Source: Camelus dromedarius (taxonomy: Eukaryota). Taken from it: 64,000 bases of DNA. Of the stretch, positions 53,806 through 64,000 are shown one piece after another (position 1 is the first letter of the stretch; every line of letters starts with the position of its first letter). The notes beneath the pieces are model-generated. The model did no database searches. It had not been told where the DNA came from and saw only the letters and a list, made by a program, of their open reading frames with translations. The position numbers and the translations under genes are program-made. Location: assembly GCF_036321535.1 (NCBI RefSeq), contig NC_087447.1, positions 47,618,001 to 47,682,000 on the forward strand, written 5' to 3'.

Positions 53806-55869
53806 CTAAAATAAAAATAGAAAAGTATGTTTATAAAATTATCAAGTTATATCATAATAAAATGATTAAGTATTATAATTACTAAAATGTTTAAAAAGTG
53901 GCCTTTTCCCACAACACTATTCTAAATGAGAACTAAATAAATGGAAAACCAAAAGCAATGATTGTTTTCCTTTATTTTACTATGGGAAGAATATAATGGT
54001 GAAACAGAGAACAGTGGGATTAATAAAATAGAAATATCCTGAATGACAAAAATACAATTTGACAAATCTAATATGTTGGTATCTCCTAATAAACAAGAGC
54101 CATCAAATCATAGGCTATTCCCAGTAACAAACTTTCGTTCCTGCAAGGAAGCTTAAAGAAGCCCATGGATAACCAACCTACGGAGACAAAGATCAGCAGG
54201 CTTTAAGGGCCATGTGCAACAGGCTGTAACAATACCAGGAATGCAATCTACAGCATGACACTGACTAGACTCCACAAAGTCCTTAATTCCATTATTTTTT
54301 CTATTAAAAGTTCTTCTTGTTTGAGTGTCTGCCTTTGTGCTCCCTCCACCCTTAACACAGTATTCTGAACATAGTGAGAAAGCCATTGGTCTCTCTGCCC
54401 TATATGATTTTGTTCTATTTAACTATTTCTCATTCTGGTGTCCTTATTTCCCTCAATCTCTCTCAGTTTGGGAGAGGAACCATAATCTAATAACCAGTAA
54501 TAAAAATACATTGGTTTTACTCAAGCAACTAGAGATAAGGAGAAAGTCAAGAGACAAATGCTAAGGAACAACCAACACTTCACGATCAGTGGTTTTTTTT
54601 AAAGCTAAAGTGTTTGTCTTGACTGCAGTGTCATGGCGATTGCCATGAGAGAAGTCAACATATGTGCTGGAAGCTATGCCATAATACGAAGTAAATCTGC
54701 AGACCATCTGGGATTGGAAGACAGAGCGAGCCAGTCTCTGCAGAGCAAGTGTGTGGAGGATAGGAAAAGCAACCTCTCATCTTTCTAATGAGACATAAAG
54801 ACTCAGGGATGTACAAATATGTATCCCAACTACTTCCTCACTGCTCAGGAAAAAAAAAGCTGAGTCTAAGATATTCCCGTTATTTTCTACCTTGCCATAT
54901 TTTTTGATGGGGTTTTTGTTTGTTTTTATTAATCAGATTCCTATACTCATTTTGATCTAGAAAAGCAAAGGCTTTTAAAACTTGAGAGAGCCTGTCAGGG
55001 TTAAGAAAAACTATGGAGTATTCTCATTTCTCCTTTCTTTGTAGTCATTATCTAAATAGTCTGAGTTGCATCTGGATTTCCCAAAATAAGGATTTAAATT
55101 TCTGGCTCTGCTCCATTTGCTAATCCTCACATAATCCTTGTATGGTACTGAAGAAGGTACGAGTAATAGATAAGACAATACAGTTTCTGTCCTCAAAGAT
55201 TATGATCTATACAAATAAAATATATACAAACAATGAACTATACTGTACACTCCTATTCCCCATCTACCTTCCAGATGTTAATGTTCCTTAGGGTTTCAAA
55301 CTCAACTTCTCATCTCATTTTATATATGATTTCATCCCTTTAACCACTATCTTATAGGCAACTCACCCCCAAGCAAGATCTTCAGGCCCAAATTCTCATC
55401 TGAGAGTCAGAAAAATAACCCCCTACCAACTATTATTCACCAAAAGGTCCCCAAAGTTCTTTAGAACTACATATCCAAAATGGAACTCATTCTTCCCTTC
55501 AAACTGTATGTTCCCTTCCTTCTATGCTCTCTCCTAATGTATACATCTCTGTCAAATCATCTTTCAAAACTATATGTAGTCCAGTTTTCACTTCCCCTTC
55601 CTGACTCCTTCTCATCTCTACTTAGAAAAATCATTCTTCAAGACTGTAAATATCACTTCTTCTATAAAGGCTTTCTTTTCCTTTAGGCAAAATTAATCTC
55701 TCTCTTCTTTCTATGCTCCCACAACAGTGTTTCCAAACAATCACTAAAATTAATTAATTAGTAGACGAGTGACTTTAGGCAATTAATATCTTTGCATTTA
55801 CTGTGAATAAACAAATCATAAATTTATTTTAAAATACATTTGTCTTTAATTCTAGGCTTTAAACTTCTT

Positions 55870-57492
55870 TTTTTTAAACAATTTTAATTGATTTATAACC
55901 ACTTTACCCTGTTGTGTCAAATCCCAGTGTAGAGCACAATTTTTCAATTATACATGAACATATGTATATTCATTATCACATTTTTTTCTCTGCGAGCTAC
56001 CATAAGATCTTGTGTATATTTCCTTGTGCTATACAGTATAATCTTGTTTATTCTACAATTTTGAAATCCTATCTATCCCTTCCCACCCTCCGCCCCCTTG
56101 GCAACCACAAATTTGTATTCTTTGTCTATGAGTCTATTTCTGTTTTGTATTTATGCTTTGTTTGTTTGGTTGGGTTTTTTTTAGATTCCACATATGAGTG
56201 ATCTCATATGGTATTTTTCTTTCTCTTTCTGGCTTACTTCACTTAGAATGACATTCTCCAGGAGCATCCATGTTGCTGCAAATGGTGTTATGTTGTCGGT
56301 TTTTATGGCTGAGTAGTATTCCACTGTATAAATATACCACTTCTTTTTTATCCAGTCATCTGTTGATGGACATTTAGGCTGTTTCCATGTCTTGACTATT
56401 GTAAATAATGCTGCTATAAACATTGGGGTGCAGGTGTCATTCTGAAGTAGGGTTCCTTCTGGATATATGCCCAGGAGTGGGATTCCTGGGTCATATGGTA
56501 AGTCTATTCCTAGTATTTTGAGGAATCTCCATACTGTTTTCCACAGTGGCTGCACCAAACTGCATTCCCACCAGCAGTGTAGATGGGTTCCCTCTTCTCC
56601 ACAGCCTCTCCAGCATTTGTCATTTGTGGATTTTTGAATGATGGCCATTCTGACTGGTGTGAGGTGATACCTCATTGTAGTTTTGATTTGCATTTCTCTG
56701 ATAATTAGTGATATTGAGCATTTTTTCATGTGCCTATTGATCATTTGTATGTCTTCCTTGGAGAACTGCTTGTTTAGGTCTTTTGCCCATTTTTGGATTG
56801 GGTTGTTTGCTTCTTATTAAGTCATTATGAGCTGCTTATATATTCTGGAGATCAAGACTTTGTTGGTTTCATTTGCAAAAATTTTCTCCCATTCCGTAGG
56901 TTGTCTTTTCGTTTTACTTATGGTTTCTTTTGCTGTGCAGAAGCTTGTAAGTTTCATTTGGTCCCAGTTGTTTATTCTTGCTTTTATTTCTTTTGCTTGA
57001 GTAGACTACTCTAAGAGAACATTTTTGAGATGTATGTCAGATAATGTTTTGCCTATATTTTCTTCTAGGAGGTTTACTGTATCTTGTCTTATGTTTAAGT
57101 CTTTGATCCATTTTGAGTTTATTTTTGTGTATGGTGTAAGGGAGTGTTCTAGCTTCATTGCTTTACATGCTGCTGCCCAGTTTTCCCAACACCATTTGCT
57201 GAAGGGACTGTCTTTATTCCATTGTATATTCTTGCCTCCTTTGTTGAAGATTAGTTGACCAAAAGTTTGTGGGTTCATTTCTGGGCTCTCTATTCTGTTC
57301 CATTGGCCTATATGTCTGTTTTGGTACCAATACCATGCTGTCTTGATGACTGTAGCTCTATAGTATTGTCTGAAGTCTGGGAGAGTTATTCCTCCAGCCT
57401 CTTTCTTTCTCTTCAGTAATGCTTTGGCATTTCTAGGTCTTTGACGGTTCCATATAAATTTTATTATGATTTGTTCTAGTTCTGCCCTGGGT
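55870..57492 (-). mobile_element. Young 5'-truncated LINE-1 (ORF2 C-terminus with Cys-rich domain + 3'UTR) inserted in an L2-like relic
   Basis: 187-aa near-intact ORF2 end (CWRGCGE...HCWWEC); perfect 15-bp TSD GGCTTTAAACTTCTT at 55855-55869 and 57493-57507. Confidence 0.96.
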
Positions 57493-59017
57493 GGCTTTAA
57501 ACTTCTTGAGGGTAAAGCTTATCTTATTCATTTCTATATCCATAGGACCCAATATAATCACTCAATAACCAGTGAGTGAAGATCAAGAAGCATTTCTTAC
57601 TCTGCTGTAGAATTAATTTTCCAGAAAAGTTACACATTGAAATAAAATGCCTAATTTGCTATAGCCTCTTTGACTTTGGGCCATATTAGAAAGCAGCATC
57701 TGTGAATTAGACCCTGTCAAATCCACACTTCTCAGGAACAGCCCCACAACTGTCCTCATTTTCACCCTGTGGGCCTTGGCTAAAGTAGGTATTCATATAT
57801 GCTCTACAAATCTATCGATTCTCTGTTCTAGAATCCCTGAGAGTTTTAGAAAAACAAGTTCTTAAAAACCACCATGACAGGATATATCTAATGGAGAACA
57901 CCTACTCTTAAAAACTTCAGGTCTTACTGGGAAGATGGGTTCAGCGACTTTATAAAAGTATAGGAAATATTTGTATGCTTATAAAAATACAATGATAAAG
58001 ACAATAAACTAAGCCAGGGAAATATTAAATATGTTTCCCAGTGACATTAAGCACTTTATGAGTATTCATTTAACATCTCTTGGTACTAAATAAACTTTTC
58101 AGGAGCCCCTAAATTTTCACAAGATACTTACGAGATTGCTTAATTTCCTGCAGATAAAAAAACATATTAGGAAGATACCCCCTACTCCTTCCTAGTCTGT
58201 ATAAGTGTTCACTGCCTTTCTGATTTCATGACTAGGGGCTCAAACTCCTACATTTTCCATCCGTGAGCTCAGCAATCAGAAGTCTCATCTTTCCTCACAG
58301 ATTATCTTCAGAGTCCCATTCTAACACAGGTTCATTTTTTTCTCAGAAAAATTTTAATCTTTCCTCAAGTCGTTACTACAAAAATCTTTACTGCTAGATT
58401 TGTGTTTCTTTCTGTTATCAATTGCCAGCTCCTTCTTTATCTAATTATTCTCAAAATAAAGAACTTGTTATTCACATATATTGAAAGTAAAATTTACACA
58501 CAGTTGCTAAAGCATACATAAAAAGTATATGTGTTAGGATTTCACACTAGAAAAATTCTGGGGAAGAGTTTCTATATTGAGGTCAGTGCTCTTGTTCACT
58601 TGATGTGTCCATGACCCTTCAATGGTATACTGAGGATCAGGGATTTTTAACTACAATTGATTTAGTCTAGCGTGAGAAAAATGAGGCTCTAAAACTGATA
58701 TTCAGACACCATAGCAACTTTAACTAGACTTTTACTAAGCTTCCAATACAATGTTTGTCTTCTTTCCTTTTCAAAATTCAATTTAATGTGAAAACTGACT
58801 GATCAAATATTCCCATTTTGCTTATATTAATTTAAATAAAATTGGCCAAAATAAAAGAAAAATTTGATCTAAAGTATATAACATTTATAGGTCATTTATA
58901 GATGAAACCAACATAGCCTAAGAATAAGTCTATGCCCTGTATTAACAGAAAACAAAGTATGGACAAAAATAACATTTATTTGCATAATCACTTTTTCAGA
59001 AACGCTAAAACACATAC

Positions 59018-59151
59018 TTTGCCTCGATGTCAGCTTTCTCTCGTACTGCATGAGCCATCTGTTCAGTCTCAAAGTACTTCTTCTTGCCTTTAGCTAAATC
59101 TTTCACTGTCTCTTGTAATTCAGTTTGGATCTTTGTCAACTGGTCCACACA
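59018..59151 (-). CDS. FCHSD2: FCHSD2 internal coding exon (~exon 6), F-BAR domain: CVDQLTKIQTELQETVKDLAKGKKKYFETEQMAHAVREKADIEA(K)
   Basis: Translation matches the FCHSD2 protein as recalled. Acceptor ttttacag|TGT, donor AA|gtatgt; 134 nt, ends in phase 2, compatible with the next exon. Confidence 0.96.
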
Positions 59152-60214
59152 CTGTAAAATACAAAGTGCAATTATTATGATTTTAGTCTTCAGGCTTACA
59201 GACAAGAGTTTGTCCTAAGGACTATGTGCTATGCCCTCAGGATGGAAACCCAGGAGAAGAATCAGCACTTTTGGCATCCTTCAAATTGCAAACTGAAATC
59301 CAGTGAACAGCTGGTACTCCCATCTCAAGTAATGCATCGAATAGTGCTACCATTTGCTTAACAACTTTGCTTTTAGAAATAACCTCTAAGTGCTCCTGAT
59401 AACTAACATTAATCTAAGGCATAAGAAGAGCAACAGTGAAAATGGTCTGTGTTTCAATAGAAACCTGGTGGGGACACAATCTCAACTGTGTTATTTGGCA
59501 ATACTATTAATAAATATGACTTTATCTGATAGGTAAATTGCATCAACTTGGGAGAAACTACAAATGAGCTATAAGCATCTGATGGAGAAGTCTTGGCTTT
59601 GGGCTTCTGTGAGTATCGTGATTCATATGTATCTGGACATGCCCCTCACAGGGACCTTGGAAGCTCTGTCTATAGAATTGCAATAAAAGATTTTTATCTT
59701 CTTTAGGGCCTGTGGCTATCCCTGCACATGTAAGTCTTATTCCCTCATCCCAGATCTGTCAACTGGGGACTAAACAGAGTAACTCCGATTAGCTATGTAT
59801 ACTGAAGCATACACTGGTGGGAGAGCTAATTCTACTAAGGCTGGATGCCGCCCTGTGGGTTAACTGTGTTCCCTGTCCTAATGTCCTTCTAGGTATACCT
59901 CATGCCAGGTCTGGTCTTTGAACGTTTAGTTACATTTAAGACTCTCTATGGGCATTGCACAAGTACAATGCACTATGTTTAGCACTTCATAGGTATTATC
60001 ACATTTAGTTCTCGAAACAACTCTGTGATAAAAGTATTCACATCAGTACCATTTTAAGATGAAGAAACAGACTTTAAAAGGTTAAATAGCTTACCCAAAG
60101 TGAGAAAGTGATGATATTATTTACCATGTAACCCATTACAGTATGTACCTTAGTTTTATGATAACTGTGTTAAGGTTTCACATAGAGATACTTTACCTTA
60201 AAATAGTAAACTTT

Positions 60215-60600
60215 AATAAAATGACATATAACTCACATACCATGAAACTGTGCGCTTTTTAAAGTGCACAATTCAGTGGTTTTTAGTATATTCACAAGGT
60301 TATACAACCATTACCACTATCTCATTCCAGAATATTTTCATTACCCTAAAAAGAAACCCCAGACCCATTAGCAGTCACTCTCATTTCTACCTACCCCTAG
60401 ACCCTAGCAACCACTAATCTACTTTCTGTCTCCATGAATTTCCTATTCTGGACATTGTGTTTAAATGGAATCATCTAATATGAGGTCTTATATGTTTCAC
60501 TTTTTTCACCTAGCATAATGTTTTCAGGGTTCATGTATGTTGTATCACATATTAATTCTTCACACCTTTTTCTGGCTGAATAGTATTTCATTATTTAGAC
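60215..60600 (-). mobile_element. L1MB-like 3'UTR
   Basis: CAATTCAGTGGTTTTTAGTATATTCACAAGGT...GCAACCACTAATCTACTTTCTGTCTC. Confidence 0.85.
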
Positions 60601-62896
60601 ATACTAAAATAATATGCTTTTATCTTACAGAAAAATCCTTCTTCTTTCTCCTTAATTTTTAATAGTCCTTCCCATACACAAATCTCTTGTTTAATGAATA
60701 ATACCGTGACAGCCTGACATGCCTATAGAGAAGTGCTAAATATCTCAGTAATGCCATGTTTGCATGTGTAAAGAGCTAAGAGAATGCTCCACGGCTACAA
60801 TTATATATTAAGAACCAGGAACTGGGATGAAGTCTGAAAAACATGACTGGGTTTAATGGGGAAATGGGACAGATTATTTAAAAGAGGAATCAGGTGTAGG
60901 GTATCTATATCCAAAATGTTCACTGGAAACAATGAAACTTGGCCTCAGAAAAACTAACCATGGTGATATATAAGCACTGAAAGGGTCTGCTAATTTGAAT
61001 ATTTTGAGAGGAAACAAAACATATTAGGTCAAAGGTTTTCCTGAGGATTACAAACCATGTGGATAGGATCTCAGTATATCCACACAGTCAACACCGCGGG
61101 TACCTGTACATAAGCACATATTATATCTCTACCCTCTGAAGCACAAGACATCTCTCCTTAGTCTTGGGTAACAAAACATCTTACAGAGATTACTTACTTC
61201 ATTTTCATCTATAAAAGGTTATTAATTAAATTACTTTCTATATGTGCCACAATATCATCTGGATTTTATAATTTCTATTTTTTAAAGGACTTCTAAAAAA
61301 AATTCTCATTAGAAAACTTTGGTTGATTCTATTTCTACTTGCTTTTCCCCTTTACATAATTTTCTAAGATACTGTTTATCAAACACCATTATAGACAACC
61401 TGTGAGCACAGTGAAGAGATCTTTTGTGACCCTTTCTTCCCTAGCACTCAGTAAAACCATAATCAAATGTTTTCCATCACCCAAGTAAACTATTTCAAGT
61501 GAGAGTAATTTGGGTTCTTCCTCAAAAGAAAATGCCTGCACATAGAAAAATATCAAAAATATTTATTAAATAAAAAGCCATCAAATTTAATTTGCAGGGG
61601 ACTAGATTACCTAGGATTTCCTTTCTAACTTTTAAAATAATTTTTTTTTCTGTAGGAATCCAATTTTCTGAGGTGGACCAAATTATATACTTAATAAGAA
61701 GCTTAATAATATCTATGTTAAGAAAAGTTTTGATGTGATATACGCCTAGTTCTTTCATAAGAGTTATCAGCACAGAGCAGACAGAGAAATGAGTGTGTAA
61801 GTTTACATTAGGGCTAAGGACACACACAAAATGATGGTAAATTTGAATATTATAATTTAGGATCCTAGTGAAGAAATTAAAAGTATGATCCCTGAGTATG
61901 ATACTGATATTAGGATAGATAGGCTTGCTAATGACTTGAAGACAGGAATAAAAATGAAAGTAAAGAACAGCAATACACACTGGACTCAAGGGACTGTTAT
62001 ATCTGGGAGAAGAGAAGCACAGATAGGTAAGCTCTACAATCAATTTGCCTTTTTCCTTTGGGCAGGTGTTGAATCATGGCACAAAGAAGTAGGATATAAA
62101 CAGAAAGTGGTTTTTTTCACTAGACTGTGGAAACAGAGGTTGGAGTTTGAGGATGCTGAAAGAGTAGGAACTTGAAAGGCTAGATCTTGAAAGAAGGGTA
62201 CTACAGAGAAGTAAGCCCAAAAATCTGTATGCAATTTCCCCCTAAGTCATCAATTGACTTCTAAATGGCATGTATGGGGTGAAACTCCAAGAAATTCAGG
62301 AAAGAACAGTAACTGAAAGGCTAATGAGCTGAACAGTTAACAGAGGATCAGAGCAGCTACAGGATGTTGAGAAGACAAAGGCTGGAGTCTAAGTCTTGTC
62401 AGAGCAGAAAGGCTTTGGTAAGCACCCCATACTTTCAGTTAAGATCCCAGGAATAGGGACAAAAGTGAAACAGATCAGCCCTAAAAAGCCTAAAACCAGA
62501 CCCTAATAGAATCAAGGAGATCTGATAGGATTCTGTCTACCTGTCAGAAAACTTAACTCTCTTTGGAAATAGAAAACATCTTCCAGAGCCTCTACAATTT
62601 TTCACCACAATGTCCAGCACTGTGATGCCTACTAAAACAGTAGTCTCAAATAACCAAAACAAAAGAAACAAAATACCCCAGTAAACAATAAAAAGAGGTG
62701 AACAGTGGTTCAGATAGTGGAATTATAAAACAGAGACTAGAAGCAACATATTTAAGAGGATAAAGACAAACCATGGAGAGTTGCACCAGAAGCGTGGACT
62801 GTATTTTTAAAAAATCAAATAAAAATTCTACAACTGAAAATTACACTAAGATTCCAAAAGATAAGTTTTAAAAGCAGATTAGAAATAGCAGAACAG

Positions 62897-63470
62897 CACT
62901 GTAGTACTATTTACAATAGCCAAGACATGGAAATAACCCAAATGCCCAACAACAGATGATTTCATTTAAGAAGATCTGGTATATATACAATGGAATACTA
63001 CTCAGCCATAAAAAATAATGAAATATTGCCATTTGCAGCAACATGGATGGACCTAGAGAATATCATACTAAGTGAAATAAGTCAGATAGAGAAAGACAGA
63101 TATTATATGCTATCACTTATATGTAGAATCTGAAAAAATAATATAAATAAATCTATATACAAAATAGGAACAGACTCACAGACATAGAAAACAAATTTAT
63201 GTTAATAAAGGGGAAAGGGATGGGAGGAGGGATAAATTATAAGTATGGGATTAACAGATACAAATTACTATACATAAAATAGATAAGCCACAAGGATTTA
63301 CTGTATAGCACAGGTAACTATATTCAATATCTTATAATACCTTATAATGAAAATAATCTAAAAATATATAAATAACTAAATTACTTTGCTGTACCCCTGA
63401 AACTAACACAATATTATAAATCAATTCTACTTCAATAAAATAAAATTTAAAAAACAAATAAAATTTTAAA
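62897..63470 (+). mobile_element. 5'-truncated LINE-1 3' end nested in an older L1 relic (~62200-64000)
   Basis: ORF2 end + 3'UTR + AATAAA/A-rich tail; 14-bp TSD AAATAGCAGAACAG at 62883-62896 and 63471-63484. Confidence 0.92.
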
Positions 63471-64000
63471 AAATAGCAGAACAGAGTATTAATCAGCCTC
63501 AAGATATCGCTAAAGCACAGAGAAGTACAGAGTACACTAGACTGATCTACAGAGAGAAAAAAGGGTATTAATACAGAAAATTGAAAAGAAGTGCAAAATA
63601 CACAGAGTCAAAAGTTCTAACAGCACAAAAGCCATAATGGGGGTATAAATGGATTACACTATTAAGACATTTTTATATTGTTCATAAGGTGGTAAAACAC
63701 TAATTCACAGTAGACTTTCATAAGCTAATTTAGAGTAAAGTCTGAAGAGAAGTAACAGTACCAATTCAAGGTAAACTGTAATAAGTTAGGGAGGCACACT
63801 GGAATGTCTAAGGTAATTAACTAAAAGAATAACAAGATTTTAAAATTAGAAAACTAACAGTGGAAAAAGCTGATAATAAAAAGTATAAGATTGCTCAATG
63901 TCACTAATCATCAGGGAAATTGCAAATCAACAACCACACTGAGCTGTTACTTCACATCTGTTAGGATGGTTATTACCAAAAAAACAAATGACAACAAGCA

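Larger units (their letters stand above)
1..64000 (-). other. FCHSD2: FCHSD2 transcription unit spans the whole window (5' and 3' exons lie outside). Complete introns: 53806-59017, 52752-53750, 23366-52622, 12781-23242
   Basis: Five colinear internal exons with no start or stop codon of the gene; flanking exons not found within the window. Confidence 0.88.

Noticed and set aside
56181..56744. 187-aa ORF as a host gene
   Set aside because: It is the L1 ORF2 C-terminus within a TSD-bounded, 5'-truncated L1.
59450..59920. Possible old ERVL-type LTR
   Set aside because: Has AATAAA and LTR-like composition, but I cannot support the family or boundaries by eye.
61522..62043. 173-aa minus-strand ORF
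   Set aside because: Non-ATG start, low-complexity hydrophobic composition typical of AT-rich chance ORFs, and no recognisable domain.
1..64000. CpG island/promoter, CRISPR array or prokaryote-type system
   Set aside because: Uniformly CpG-depleted mammalian intronic DNA; direct repeats are paired TSDs, not regularly spaced arrays.

Overview
AT-rich, CpG-poor mammalian genomic DNA lying entirely inside one minus-strand gene, FCHSD2 (F-BAR and double SH3 domains 2). Five internal coding exons of the F-BAR region are present (134, 55, 129, 123 and 96 nt; about exons 6-10 by recalled human numbering) and splice in one continuous frame. One of them uses a non-canonical GC-AG donor. The rest is intron, densely filled with L1s of several ages, MIR/L2 relics, MaLR LTRs, hAT/Tigger DNA transposons and three copies of a tRNA-derived SINE resembling camelid Vic-1, which suggests a camelid host (inference). 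Nearly all ORFs in the supplied track are L1 ORF2 debris, antisense shadows or chance. I do not see a new multi-gene system. The most interesting unexplained signals are a candidate 16-nt frameshifting microexon, a 30-bp templated insertion copied from 2.2 kb away, two orphan retroposed fragments with target-site duplications (TSDs), a strong antisense exon-like unit and a CTCF core motif. Repeat subfamily names and the boundaries of old repeats are from recognition by eye and are approximate.
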